From the NCBI GenBank assembly GCA_021851735.1, contig JAJZCD010000001.1, forward strand, positions 35,078-99,077: 64,000 nt of DNA, read 5' to 3'. Source of the stretch: a bacterium. GTDB taxonomy: Bacteria > Patescibacteriota > Saccharimonadia > Saccharimonadales > UBA4665. Below, one piece after another: positions 1-10,066 of the stretch. Both the position numbers and the translations under genes were made by a program. Under the pieces are notes generated by a model that had not been told where the DNA came from, did no database searches, and saw only the letters and a list, made by a program, of their open reading frames with translations. Within the stretch, counting starts at the first letter, position 1. The number at the start of each line of letters is the position of its first letter.

Positions 1-203
1 CACACAGTAGCCCTCCGGCACTAACTGCGGTATACTGAGGGGGATTCCAGATTCCCCGTTGGCCAGACTGGTAGACCTGTGGTGTCTCCGTACGCGTATT
101 CTCCTGACGGTACGATCTATAGGAGCAGAAGCGTAAGGTGTGTAATGTATGTCTGCAGTCAGCCTGTACAATGAATAGTGGAATCTTTTGAGGATGTAGC
201 AAT

Positions 204-1709
204 ATGGATTTTCTGGACCCAAACTATGATCGCGGCGCCCGAATAAAGTTACTGTTAGGCTATTGCCTAGTCAGTCTAGCAATTGGCATAGCAACATTGG
301 TCTTGCTCTACTGGTCATATGGATACAATATTGATCAGCAGGGTCAAGTGGCGCAGAATGGTCTGCTATTTGTTGCGAGCCAACCGAGCGGCGCTTCAAT
401 TTATTTGAACGGCCAGCGTTATGCTAGTAATACTAATACGCGTGTGACAACTGAAGCAGGCAGCTATATGCTCAAGATCGCTGAAACGGGATACCGTTCC
501 TGGGAGCGTCCGATCGTGGTTGCTGGCGGTGACGTGCAGGACTTTACATATCCGTTCCTATTCCCTCGTACTCTCAAGACGACTGCTGTGTCGCAGTTTA
601 AGACCGACCCCTCCCTTGCTACACAGAGTCTTGACCAGCGCTGGTTACTCTTGGCCTATGCAAGTGATAGTGGGACATTTGCTGAATACGACATGAGCAA
701 CCCTGCCAAGCCGGTTGAAGCCACTATAAGTGTACCAGCCAGTGATTTTACCTCAGGGACGGGCGCCCAGCAGTGGAAGCCGATAGCCTGGGCTTCCGAT
801 AACCGGCATGTACTATTACTGCACGATTATACTTCAGGTTCTGGCGTCCAGCATGAATACATTTTATTTGACCGCCAAACGCCAAGTAAGTCGGTGAACC
901 TGACGACTGCACTCAAGCTGAGCCAAGCTGATACGATTAGTCTATACAATGGTGACCCTAGCCAGTTTTACGTATACAACGCGACCCATCAAACGCTGCA
1001 ACATATTAATGGCACTACCGACGTGAGTGAGCTGGAGCATGTGCTTGCATATAAGACATATGGGAGCGACGTGATTCTGTATGCCACTAACTATTCACCT
1101 ACGGGCAAAACAACGTTAAAGCAAGTCAGTATTGTGTTGCAGATGGGGCAGAAGACGTTTACATTACGTACATTGCCGTCGACTGGTAATGCTAACTATA
1201 TGTTGGATTTGGCACAATATAGTGGTGATTGGTATGTGGCAATTGCATCAACAACCAGCCCGACGATATATATATACAAGAACCCACAGCAAGAGACGAC
1301 CATTGGTTCAGATGGCTATCCTGCTCCATGGCGCAGAGTAGCTTTGAACAACCCGTCATATATGTCATTCTCAGCAAACGATCAGTTCTTATTGATGGAA
1401 AGCGGCCAAAATTTCTTGGTGTATGATTTTGAGAATGATTCGCATCGTCAATATCAAACCACGCAACCGCTAGATAAACCACAAACTCACGCAACGTGGA
1501 TGGACGGTTACAGGTTGGAATATGTTAGCCGTGGCAAGCTGTTTGTCTTTGATTATGATTACTATAATCAACAAACGCTCGTTGCTGCCAACCCTGCGTT
1601 CTTGCCATTTTATTCAAATAACTTCTCATATCTTTATACGCTGGAACAGGTTGGCACCACACATAACTCTGAGCCATTATTGGCTAGTACGCCGCTGGTC
1701 GTTAAGTAG
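204..1709 (+). CDS. PEGA-domain membrane-anchored surface protein
   Basis: 501-aa ORF. N-terminal TM helix (LLLGYCLVSLAIGIATLVLLYW), then a PEGA-like segment (VASQPSGASIYLNGQ...GSYMLKIAETGYRSWERPIVV) and a long beta-rich extracytoplasmic region. Confidence 0.6.
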   Translation: MDFLDPNYDRGARIKLLLGYCLVSLAIGIATLVLLYWSYGYNIDQQGQVAQNGLLFVASQPSGASIYLNGQRYASNTNTRVTTEAGSYMLKIAETGYRSWERPIVVAGGDVQDFTYPFLFPRTLKTTAVSQFKTDPSLATQSLDQRWLLLAYASDSGTFAEYDMSNPAKPVEATISVPASDFTSGTGAQQWKPIAWASDNRHVLLLHDYTSGSGVQHEYILFDRQTPSKSVNLTTALKLSQADTISLYNGDPSQFYVYNATHQTLQHINGTTDVSELEHVLAYKTYGSDVILYATNYSPTGKTTLKQVSIVLQMGQKTFTLRTLPSTGNANYMLDLAQYSGDWYVAIASTTSPTIYIYKNPQQETTIGSDGYPAPWRRVALNNPSYMSFSANDQFLLMESGQNFLVYDFENDSHRQYQTTQPLDKPQTHATWMDGYRLEYVSRGKLFVFDYDYYNQQTLVAANPAFLPFYSNNFSYLYTLEQVGTTHNSEPLLASTPLVVK

Positions 1710-1838
1710 TAGCCGATCTGTCGGTGTATCCGTGGTCTGACGGCTGCACGCTTCATATGTTGCCGGAGTTCTTTTTAGTATCTGTGTATTGGTGCTGTAG
1801 CCGTTGTATTGTGCGAAGCCGATTAATGGTAGGCTGAG

Positions 1839-3104
1839 CTATTTCCAAAATTCTAGCCACTTGACGAACTGATCCCACATTGTAGGACCATTACTTGCCA
1901 ATTGGGCTGGTTGACCAGTGTTAGTGGTGGCAGTTGCAGCGCTATTGGTAGATGGGCTTGGGCTAATTTGCTGTCCCCACAATACGAGTCGATTCGTACT
2001 AATGCCGGGTGGATCACAGGTGATCAGTGTTGCAGTTGCCTGCTTGCCTCTCGTTTCGTTGATGACACCTACATCGCTCGGCGGCACTATTTGCCGGGCG
2101 AATACACGGTAGGCATACACTTTACCACCGTACGTGATGTAGAACAGATCTCCAGTAGTTACATCGTGTAGTAATGTAAACGCAAATTTATACTTACCAT
2201 TGTTAAAGATGTTTCCTGATGAGTGGCCAAAGTAGGCTGCATTACCGTTTTGTCCGGGCATAGCGGTATTTGGGTAGTGCACAACCCCGTTCTTCAGACC
2301 GTTCTCGACAACTGTCTCGTTGTAACTACGTACACTGAAATTCAAAGGAATTTGAATATTAATCTTGGGGACTGTCACTGACGGAGGCGCGTTCGTTGGC
2401 GCAGTGTCCGTAGTGAGAATGATCGGCGTGCTGCTGACGTTACGGCTTGGCTGTATGAATGGTGCAATAATGTACTCATTGAAAAAAGTGAATAAAAACA
2501 CTATAAGTACGATTGCACCGCTCGCTAGCCCAAATCCTAGCGACTGCAAGTGATGTTTGGCGGTAAGTTTACCATTAGCGCTTACTGTATTGGCGATTTT
2601 TTGCTTGATGTGGCGCGTTGCCTGACTATCGAAGCGTGGTTTCTTAGAAGATGATTTTGGTTGTGGAGGCGCCTTGCTAGTGTGGTCAGCTATAACTATT
2701 CCCTGCTCGTCTGAGGGCGTGTTAAAGCCTGTCGATGCGGGTACAAGCGGGCTTTGAGCAGGTTGTTGTTTCTCAAAAAGTTTTTGGTATGGTGTGTGTT
2801 GATTGGCGGCATAGAATTCCTGCCAGACCTCATGCTTCTCGTCATCGGTTAATGTAGTGTAATAGTGGTGCCAGGCGGTCTGAATCTCTGCCAAGCTTTT
2901 CCCTGATTTACTGAGTGTCTGCATATACTGCTGGTGCTTACTCAATATCGGTTGGGTTTGTGTTTTGGCAAGCTCCTCAGTGGCGTCTGGTTCTTGGCCA
3001 TATACCCGCGAAACTTTGGTGCGTATAAGCTCTACGGCCGGATTGTCTGCCGAATCGCTTGCGGAATCATTGTCAGGTAAAAATAAAGAATTGTTGCTCA
3101 TCAT
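1839..3104 (-). CDS. sortase family transpeptidase with long N-terminal cytoplasmic extension
   Basis: 421-aa ORF. TLITCDP (TLxTC catalytic Cys motif), upstream YFGHSSG His motif, single TM (GFGLASGAIVLIVFLFTFF) after a ~190-aa hydrophilic N-terminus. Confidence 0.8.
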   Translation of the reverse strand: MMSNNSLFLPDNDSASDSADNPAVELIRTKVSRVYGQEPDATEELAKTQTQPILSKHQQYMQTLSKSGKSLAEIQTAWHHYYTTLTDDEKHEVWQEFYAANQHTPYQKLFEKQQPAQSPLVPASTGFNTPSDEQGIVIADHTSKAPPQPKSSSKKPRFDSQATRHIKQKIANTVSANGKLTAKHHLQSLGFGLASGAIVLIVFLFTFFNEYIIAPFIQPSRNVSSTPIILTTDTAPTNAPPSVTVPKINIQIPLNFSVRSYNETVVENGLKNGVVHYPNTAMPGQNGNAAYFGHSSGNIFNNGKYKFAFTLLHDVTTGDLFYITYGGKVYAYRVFARQIVPPSDVGVINETRGKQATATLITCDPPGISTNRLVLWGQQISPSPSTNSAATATTNTGQPAQLASNGPTMWDQFVKWLEFWK

Positions 3105-3299
3105 GGGTGCGCTTTGCGTGATAGAAATGTCGGTTACTTTATTATTATGACATTAGCACGAGCGCAAATATATTATCAGTACGAAAGAAGATATGAGCGA
3201 GTGCCTATTTCCTTTCGTGCTTCCAGTATAGTACAATACACCCCTGATAGCCTACGTGGACATTTACAATTTTCAGTTTTCGCCAGTATTGGCGTATGT

Positions 3300-3386
3300 G
3301 GGCGAGTGGCGGAATTGGCAGACGCGCTAGACTCAAAATCTTGTGAGAGTAATCTCGTGAGGGTTCAAGTCCCTCCTCGCCCACCA
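3300..3386 (+). tRNA. tRNA-Leu (anticodon CAA), CCA encoded
   Basis: Cloverleaf folded by hand. Acceptor GGGCGAG/CTCGCCC, anticodon loop CTCAAAA, long variable arm GAGA-gtaa-TCTC, T-arm AGGG-TTCAAGT-CCCT, discriminator A plus CCA. One U-U mismatch in the anticodon stem. Confidence 0.85.
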
Positions 3387-3403
3387 TGTTGCAGCAACTA
3401 TAG

Positions 3404-3428
3404 GCGTACCTCTGTGGGTACGCTTTTT
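3404..3428 (+). terminator. rho-independent terminator after tRNA-Leu
   Basis: Perfect 7-bp stem GCGTACC/GGTACGC with a 6-nt loop, followed by TTTTT. Confidence 0.6.
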
Positions 3429-3862
3429 CATTATCAGCTTAAACTTTGTTGCGTGAATAAAGAATGATAATTCTCTGACGTAAATCACAGGAGTGCTTTT
3501 TACGCGCATCTAGGATGTCAGTACAATCGAAGTGCTTAATTCTCCAATGGGGATAGCCTTTGTATCCAGCTTCAAACCTGTCAGAATGTCTGCTATTCAT
3601 TTTGGTAAGTCCAGCATATCCAATACTATTGGCCGGCTCAAGCCGTACGACATTGACCATTCATGCAGGGTATCTGCCAGATAGAGGTAAGATCTAGGTT
3701 TGTTTGTATTGATTTTGAGTGATGAAATTATGAGTCCAGCTATGGGCCGTACGAATCTTCATGACAATGATTGCGAGAAACACTGAAAATATGATGTAGC
3801 ATACTGACACGGAGAAAAATCTGAAGTCTAATAGTAATAGAGTTAAGAAGGAACGAGGTGCT

Positions 3863-6031
3863 TTGAGAAAGATAAGACTGCTCTTCACGGTTCTTGTGTC
3901 ACTTGGTAGCGCCTGCGCACCACTAGGTGCCAAGTATGTACACGCTGCCAGTACTAACCTTATAGCAAACCCCTCCGTTGAGACACTCGACAGCTCGGGA
4001 AACCCGGTGAACTGGACCCCCAATACCTGGGGTACGAGCGCGACTACGTTAGCGGTAACGCATGATGCACACAGTGGCAATAATGCGCTGAGTGTTGTGT
4101 CGACATCACGGAGTAGCGGTGATGCCAAGTGGATGCCTGATCCAGTTACAGTGACTAGTGGGCAGACCTATACGTATACCGATTACTCTAAGGCATCGGT
4201 CCCTACACAATTGGATGCAGCATATACTGATTCATCTGGCACTGTGAGCTACTATTACCTTTCGACAGTACAGCCAAGCACTAATTGGCAGAAGAATGCG
4301 GTTGATCTAACAGTGCCAGCTGGTGAAGTGAAAGTGGCGGTATTACATATCCTGCCAACGACAGGCACACTGATTACTGACGATTTTAGTTTGTCGGCCC
4401 AAGCGCCCCCACCGACTAGCGGAAACTTGATAGCTAACCCATCCATGGAAATTGCGAATGGGTCAGCTCCAGCCGACTGGCAGACTGATCAGTGGGGTAC
4501 CAATACTGCTAAGTTTTCATATGTCACTAACGATGGGTACACCGGTTCGGCGAGCGTAAAGGTACAAATTACGAGCTATAGCAGCGGGGATGCTAAATGG
4601 TATTTTAAGCCTGTTGCCGTGCAACCAGACACTACGTACACGTATAGTGATTATTACAAATCGACGATAGACAGCAGAGTAGTTGTGCGTTTTGATGATG
4701 GCAGTGGTAATTATACATATATTGAGCCGGCTGACCCGGCTCCTGCTAACAACTGGGCGCAGGCATCTGCGACCTTTACGACCCCAAGCAACGCAAAATA
4801 TGTAACGGTCTTGCACCTTATATCTGCCTTGGGTACGCTGCAGACCGATGATGCGTCTCTAGTGGCTGCGCAAGGAGGTCCTACGGCTGGCAATCTATTC
4901 AGTAACCCCTCACTGGAGACGCCGGACCCGACGAATGCTAACTTGCCACTCGGCTGGCAGCACGGTGATTGGGGTACCAATACTGCCGCTTTCGCATATT
5001 CAAACGATGCACATACTGGGAACCGCAGCGTGACCATACAAATGAGTAACCGATCGAGCGGCGCAGCGTATTGGCATACTACTAACCCTCTACCGGTTAT
5101 GGGTGGACAGCTGTATGATTTCACTGACTATTATAAGTCGAATGTGCCGACTGAAATCGATGCTGATGTTACCATGAAGAATGGCAGCACGCAGTCTCTC
5201 TATGTCGGTTCGCCATTTGCCAGTCCGAATAGTTGGACAAAGTTTGAAACTCAATTTACCGTGCCAGCGAATGCAGTTTCAATAATGATATATCATGACA
5301 TATTCTCAGTTGGATACTTGACGACAGATGATTATAATTTAAGCAGCTTCTCATACCAGGGATTCAAACGACCGCTTGTGAGCATTACTGACGACGATGG
5401 GTTCTCTAATTTCTACACGAATGGGTTGCCGGTATTACAAAAATATGGCTTACCGGCGACTGCCTATATTATTTCGAGCTACGTTGGTTCGCCAAATTTC
5501 ATGTCGGCCGCGCAAGTGCAGGGTCTCCACCAAGCGGGAGTAGAGATAGGGTCTCACTCAGTTGATCATGCAGATCTCTCCACATTGAGTGCTAGCCAAC
5601 AAGACGCTGAGCTTAAGAATTCGCAGGCAACGTTACAAGGCATACTCAATGGGACTCCCGTGACTGATTACGCTGCTCCATATGGGGCGTATAACCAGCA
5701 AATTGTTACTGATGCTCAGAAGTATTATCAGACATATCGTGGGGTTATGAGTGGTTATAACGCGAAGAACAACTTTGACCCCATGAACTTACAGGTACAG
5801 AATATTACGAGCAGTACAACGACAAGCGATATACAAAGTTGGTTACAAAAGGCCGCGGCAACCAATACGTGGCTAATCCTGGTATACCACGAAGTTTCAA
5901 ACAATCCGTCCGATAGTACATACAATACGCCGCCAAGCGCTTTCGATGCGCAGATGGCAGCCATTAAACAGAGCGGCATTACAGTTGATACAGTTTCTCA
6001 AGCAACTCAAGAGATTGCGCCCCAGCTATAA
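3863..6031 (+). CDS. secreted polysaccharide deacetylase (CE4/NodB domain) with three N-terminal carbohydrate-binding-like modules
   Basis: 722-aa ORF with TTG start after a GGAACGAGG RBS-like purine run and a signal peptide (LLFTVLVSLGSACAPLGAKYVHA). Three ~150-aa repeats each open with NL(I/F)(A/S)NPSxE and contain GDAKW/GAAYW. C-terminal NodB signature VSITDDDG...EIGSHSVDH. Confidence 0.8.
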   Translation: MRKIRLLFTVLVSLGSACAPLGAKYVHAASTNLIANPSVETLDSSGNPVNWTPNTWGTSATTLAVTHDAHSGNNALSVVSTSRSSGDAKWMPDPVTVTSGQTYTYTDYSKASVPTQLDAAYTDSSGTVSYYYLSTVQPSTNWQKNAVDLTVPAGEVKVAVLHILPTTGTLITDDFSLSAQAPPPTSGNLIANPSMEIANGSAPADWQTDQWGTNTAKFSYVTNDGYTGSASVKVQITSYSSGDAKWYFKPVAVQPDTTYTYSDYYKSTIDSRVVVRFDDGSGNYTYIEPADPAPANNWAQASATFTTPSNAKYVTVLHLISALGTLQTDDASLVAAQGGPTAGNLFSNPSLETPDPTNANLPLGWQHGDWGTNTAAFAYSNDAHTGNRSVTIQMSNRSSGAAYWHTTNPLPVMGGQLYDFTDYYKSNVPTEIDADVTMKNGSTQSLYVGSPFASPNSWTKFETQFTVPANAVSIMIYHDIFSVGYLTTDDYNLSSFSYQGFKRPLVSITDDDGFSNFYTNGLPVLQKYGLPATAYIISSYVGSPNFMSAAQVQGLHQAGVEIGSHSVDHADLSTLSASQQDAELKNSQATLQGILNGTPVTDYAAPYGAYNQQIVTDAQKYYQTYRGVMSGYNAKNNFDPMNLQVQNITSSTTTSDIQSWLQKAAATNTWLILVYHEVSNNPSDSTYNTPPSAFDAQMAAIKQSGITVDTVSQATQEIAPQL
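3950..5332 (+). repeat. three tandem ~150-codon intragenic modules (CBM-like) inside the deacetylase gene
   Basis: Protein-level triplication. Modules start at TNLIANPSVE, GNLIANPSME and GNLFSNPSLE. Each contains W..D.WGT..., SSGDAKW-type and TDD motifs. Confidence 0.6.
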
Positions 6032-6035
6032 AATC

Positions 6036-6830
6036 TTAAGCTGACGATACAGTGTACGCTGCAGTAGTAAGCGCTTCAAATGGCTTTGTGGGATTTTGTA
6101 ACCACCATATGCTGGCTGCTACGGACGTGGTGGCTCGCCATACAGATGTTTCTGATGTATCAGGCGTAGTGCTCACCTGCCCGTTTACAGCGACGACGTA
6201 ATGTCTCTGGTGATGTGTAATGATATTGAGTGAAAAGCGCTTGGTAAATTCGTGTAGTGTTTCGACTAGCTGTACGAGTTCCATCTCACTCGTAAACGCG
6301 TGCGGGAAATGTGCCGTATTGCCTAACCGGCGTAATTGCCCCATGGCTAGTACTAGAAGCGTGTTTGGCCTATGTAGTATAGCGAGTGGCTGCTGACAAA
6401 ATGGATCAGCTGCATCCTTAGTGAGTGTAATGTGACCTCGATATTCATCTAGAAATCTTTCGAGTAGCACCGTCGTTTCGCTGTTACGACCAATGTCCCC
6501 TGGTAGTAACGTGCCGTCTGCCCTAGAGGCTAGCCCAAGCATGAGTGCGAGTGTGTCACGCGCAAAACTTCCACTGGGAGTGCTTGGTGCGAATATTGCT
6601 TCAGGAAAGATGTCGCTCACAACGCGCTGCATACTGCTCGGAAGCAAGACGGTGGCAACGCCGATACCAGCCTCGAGCGCGTCGCCATATGCATTAGCAG
6701 GCGCTTTAAACTCGTAGCCATTACCCCCGATTATTAGTAACGTACCGGCCTGCAGCTTGTTCTCAGGACGGCTCCATTCCAGCTCCGGGAATAGCAATGT
6801 CGTTTGTCGTAGCCAATACGTTCGCTCCAT
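6036..6830 (-). CDS. YjeF C-terminal (NAD(P)HX dehydratase / carbohydrate kinase)-like protein
   Basis: 264 aa. LLIIGGNGYEFKAPANAYGDALEAGIGVATVLLP resembles the YjeF_C N-terminal glycine-rich segment. I did not recognise the C-terminal GxGD motif, so activity is uncertain. Confidence 0.45.
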   Translation of the reverse strand: MERTYWLRQTTLLFPELEWSRPENKLQAGTLLIIGGNGYEFKAPANAYGDALEAGIGVATVLLPSSMQRVVSDIFPEAIFAPSTPSGSFARDTLALMLGLASRADGTLLPGDIGRNSETTVLLERFLDEYRGHITLTKDAADPFCQQPLAILHRPNTLLVLAMGQLRRLGNTAHFPHAFTSEMELVQLVETLHEFTKRFSLNIITHHQRHYVVAVNGQVSTTPDTSETSVWRATTSVAASIWWLQNPTKPFEALTTAAYTVSSA

Positions 6831-6914
6831 AGCTGTATTGTAGCAGGATTGCTGTATGTGTATCGATTGTTGGTAGCTACGTCGTGGTCTGGTTGTTGAC
6901 GGTAGTACGAGTCT

Positions 6915-7643
6915 TCATATGGCTATATTTTGAGCAACTTCTAAGCTGCCAGCTGCAAGCTGGCTGGCACTCGGATTGCCGTGAGATTTTCCCTGGCAGA
7001 TTTGTATGATTGTCTGAGCTGCTACTTCCGGTGAGCCATCTATGTTATGTACCCAGAAATGATCGTGCTTTTGAGATAATGACCACGTAAGGCTTTCAAT
7101 TGCTTCGTCACGCCGAGCCTGGCGCTCAGGGTCATTGTGTGGAAACCGCATCGTAAAGCGTTCAAGCCATACGTCGGGGTCGCTAACAAGGGTTATAGTA
7201 AATGCGTTTCTGAAGCCTAGACGATGAAAGTTATCGATTAAGCTTGAGAATACGTCAGCTATATTAAACTCTGTTCGGTAGTCGTCTAGGGTTGTGTAGT
7301 ACAAGAGGTGGGAATACGGGTTGATCGCATATTGTACTACCTTATGCCGTTCAATAGCTTTGCACACGCGGTGTAAATCCCTGTCGGTACGGGGGATGTA
7401 GACGTAACGTCCGGGTTCGTCGTCATCACGCGGATCTCGGCTAGTACGGTTACCAGTGACATGGAACCGTTGGCCCAGATTGACAATCGCATCCATAACG
7501 GTATTCTTACCTTCGCCGGTTGCGCCAACAAGCATAACAATGGTTTTGGATGCTAGCCTGTCGGCAATTGCCAGCTTTGGCTCATAGTTGTCTTGTGTTT
7601 GGTGTAGTTGATTGAGTTTTTGGAGTGTTTTGCCTGAGAACAT
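6915..7643 (-). CDS. P-loop kinase, guanylate-kinase-like
   Basis: 242 aa. Walker A VGATGEGKNT, followed by TGNRTSRDPRDDDEPGRYVYI, which resembles the guanylate kinase TTRxPRxGE..G.dY.F segment. Confidence 0.45.
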   Translation of the reverse strand: MFSGKTLQKLNQLHQTQDNYEPKLAIADRLASKTIVMLVGATGEGKNTVMDAIVNLGQRFHVTGNRTSRDPRDDDEPGRYVYIPRTDRDLHRVCKAIERHKVVQYAINPYSHLLYYTTLDDYRTEFNIADVFSSLIDNFHRLGFRNAFTITLVSDPDVWLERFTMRFPHNDPERQARRDEAIESLTWSLSQKHDHFWVHNIDGSPEVAAQTIIQICQGKSHGNPSASQLAAGSLEVAQNIAI

Positions 7644-7649
7644 TAATTG

Positions 7650-8225
7650 TTAATCCTTGTATAGTGATTGTACCAGATCTACGTATGCTTGGGGATTGTA
7701 GTGAAAATCGTCGTGGTCGCCAGGTAGATGAACTATCTGTAGCTTAGGGTTGTCATGCTGTAGCATGTCAAGATTGGGCGTGAGCCAGTCGTCGTGTTCG
7801 TTGCGTACAAGTATCACTGTCTGATCGTTGATAGCTTTAGCCAAATCAAACGTACGTGCTGCGCGTATAATGCGCAGCGTGCGTTTCGTCTCTGCAACGG
7901 CGTAATATATGCCCCAGAGATTGCGAATGAGCCAGACGTGGAACGGATATCCGTCCCGGTAAAACAGTAAGTTGCTACGTGAGCGGGCACGGACACGTCC
8001 CCAGATGGTTTTACCGGGCCAATATGGCGGGTCTACCATAACTACCTTTTGGCCTGGGTGTAGTTTCGGTATGTACATGCAACCGGCGGAATGTGCCAGC
8101 ATAATATCAGCAGTATCAGCGTTCTGCACGACTGTGAACCCAGCACGGTGCAGGGCTCTTGTGAGCCGGGCGGTTGCGAAGTTTCCGCTCAGCACTCCGT
8201 GAAAAATTGTAACGTTCTTGCGCAT
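7650..8225 (-). CDS. putative alpha/beta hydrolase-fold protein
   Basis: 191 aa. Nucleophile-elbow-like LAHSAGC and late HLPGDHDD. Weak motif-only call. Confidence 0.3.
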   Translation of the reverse strand: MRKNVTIFHGVLSGNFATARLTRALHRAGFTVVQNADTADIMLAHSAGCMYIPKLHPGQKVVMVDPPYWPGKTIWGRVRARSRSNLLFYRDGYPFHVWLIRNLWGIYYAVAETKRTLRIIRAARTFDLAKAINDQTVILVRNEHDDWLTPNLDMLQHDNPKLQIVHLPGDHDDFHYNPQAYVDLVQSLYKD

Positions 8226-8231
8226 GATGTT

Positions 8232-9146
8232 TTATGTGAGCTGGCGTATGATCGTGCGTATAAGACTTTGACTCTCATGTTCAGCCTGATGGCCACTGAT
8301 TGTCCAAAGTAGCTCGCATTCTGGTAGACGTTGACTCAGTGTATAGGCAGTGATAGGCGGACAGACCATGTCATACCGGCCTTGTACGAGCCAAACTGGG
8401 TTTGTAAGTTGGTGTGCATTATTCAGTATGTAGTTATCAGGCATAAAACAGCGCTTCTGCATGTAGTGCATCTCAATACGGATTGGCGCAGGATCGTATT
8501 CGTCTATAGCTTCCGATGTGTGACGGTCGTCCAAACTTAGCACGTCACCCTCGAGCGTAGCATATGCGTAGCTGGACTCACGGGCGGCATCGGCACTGTC
8601 GCCCATGACGCGCTGGTAGTGGTACGTACCCGGGTCGGTACGGTGTGATTGGGGTGTAGCGGCTAGGTACCTGTCCCATGCGTCGGGGTAGAATGTACGG
8701 AACGCGCCCTTGTCGATCCAATCAATCTCGGCCTGTGACCCCGTAAAGAGACCACTCAGCACAAGTGCCTTAACGTGTTCGGGATGCTCAAGTGTGTATG
8801 CTAAGGCTAGGCAAGAACCCCATGAGGACCCGGTTACGATATATTGCTTGAGATTCAGGTGGTTGGTAATTTTTTGTATGTCCTCAATGAGCTTTTGAGT
8901 CGTGTTGTGCCTAAGCGATCCGTACGGGAGACTTTTACCGCAGCCGCGTTGGTCGAAAAATACCACTCGCTGTGTACGGGGATCGTATGGCAGCTTATGG
9001 CGATCACGTGACCGCCCGCCCGGGCCACCGTGCAGTGAGATTATGGGCGTTTTGACGGCTTTATTACCCCAGTCATGAATGTAGAGCGTGTGTCCGTCGC
9101 CAACGTCGAGGAATGTTTCGCGAATTGTGTAGGCATCAGGTGTCAT
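8232..9146 (-). CDS. pip: prolyl aminopeptidase (proline iminopeptidase)
   Basis: 304 aa. HGGPGG oxyanion motif, FDQRGCGKS, nucleophile elbow GSSWGS, C-terminal His region (ISGHQAEH). 4-nt overlap with the upstream xth. Confidence 0.85.
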   Translation of the reverse strand: MTPDAYTIRETFLDVGDGHTLYIHDWGNKAVKTPIISLHGGPGGRSRDRHKLPYDPRTQRVVFFDQRGCGKSLPYGSLRHNTTQKLIEDIQKITNHLNLKQYIVTGSSWGSCLALAYTLEHPEHVKALVLSGLFTGSQAEIDWIDKGAFRTFYPDAWDRYLAATPQSHRTDPGTYHYQRVMGDSADAARESSYAYATLEGDVLSLDDRHTSEAIDEYDPAPIRIEMHYMQKRCFMPDNYILNNAHQLTNPVWLVQGRYDMVCPPITAYTLSQRLPECELLWTISGHQAEHESQSLIRTIIRQLT

Positions 9147-9958
9147 AGATCTCTATCCTGTGTGTCTAGTGTGATGCTCACTGGGCAATGGTCAGAACCC
9201 ATAACTTGCGGGTGGATCGCAGCTGCTTTGATGGCACTCCTAAGACGTGCCGAAGCTAAGAAGTAATCGATGCGCCAGCCAACATTACGTTCCCGGGACC
9301 GTGCGAAATGGCTCCACCATGTGTAATATCCCTTCCCCTGCTTGAATAGACGGAATGTATCAATAAATCCGGCATCTACAAAACCTTGAAAGCCGTTCCG
9401 CTCTTCATCAGTAAAACCGTGTTTGCCGCGATTAGGGCCGGGATTCGCCAGATCGTCTTCGGTGTGTGCAACATTCAGATCGCCGCAGAATAATACCGGC
9501 TTGTCTGCTTCTAGAAGCTTGCAGTACGCTAGAAACGCCGGATCCCAATGCTCATAGCGTAATGCTAGCCTGCTGAGGTCTTCCTTGGAGTTTGGCGTGT
9601 AGACAGTTACGAGCCAGAACTGGTTAAACTCTGCAGCTAGTACTCTACCTTCTTTGTTTGGGTCACCGAATGTGTCACCAGTGACCTTGTATTGTGTAAT
9701 GATATCGGCCGGGAGCCCTTTGACAATACGCAACGGTGGTATTTTGCTTAATATAGCGGTACCACTGTACCCAGCCTTATCGGCCGCATACCAGAATACA
9801 TGGTAGTCATTCAAACTGAGTGCGGCCTGCTCTTCGGTTGCCTTAACTTCCTGTAGACATAATATATCGGGGTGTTCGGTGTTCAGGAACGGTTGCAAGG
9901 TATTCTTCTTTTGAGCGGCGCGTATGCCGTTTATATTCCATGAATAGACGGTAATCAT
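9143..9958 (-). CDS. xth: exodeoxyribonuclease III (AP endonuclease)
   Basis: 271 aa. WNINGIRA, LCLQEVK, GDLNVAH and SDHCPV motifs of the ExoIII/EEP family. Confidence 0.9.
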   Translation of the reverse strand: MITVYSWNINGIRAAQKKNTLQPFLNTEHPDILCLQEVKATEEQAALSLNDYHVFWYAADKAGYSGTAILSKIPPLRIVKGLPADIITQYKVTGDTFGDPNKEGRVLAAEFNQFWLVTVYTPNSKEDLSRLALRYEHWDPAFLAYCKLLEADKPVLFCGDLNVAHTEDDLANPGPNRGKHGFTDEERNGFQGFVDAGFIDTFRLFKQGKGYYTWWSHFARSRERNVGWRIDYFLASARLRSAIKAAAIHPQVMGSDHCPVSITLDTQDRDL

Positions 9959-10066
9959 TTTACTAGCGATACGTCATTTCGAGTTTATTGAGCAGTGTTT
10001 TCTTGTCATGCGTAACTCTAGTATAAGGCCCTAATGCCCCAAGGGGAAGTGTAATTAGCGGCGTTT

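Noticed and set aside
1-203. Open minus-strand frame running off the left edge and a GGGGGA/TTCCCC hairpin; possible partial gene or structured RNA
   Set aside because: The translation (…CRHTLHTLRFCSYRSYRQENTRTETPQ…) is not protein-like, and the only candidate start is a TTG abutting the next gene. I could not match the region to tmRNA, RNase P, SRP or 6S features by eye. It is left unannotated.
3439-3660. 73-aa minus-strand ORF just downstream of tRNA-Leu (possible integrated-element remnant)
   Set aside because: I recognised no motif, no RBS and no flanking repeat of the tRNA 3' end. Evidence is insufficient for a gene or an integration scar.
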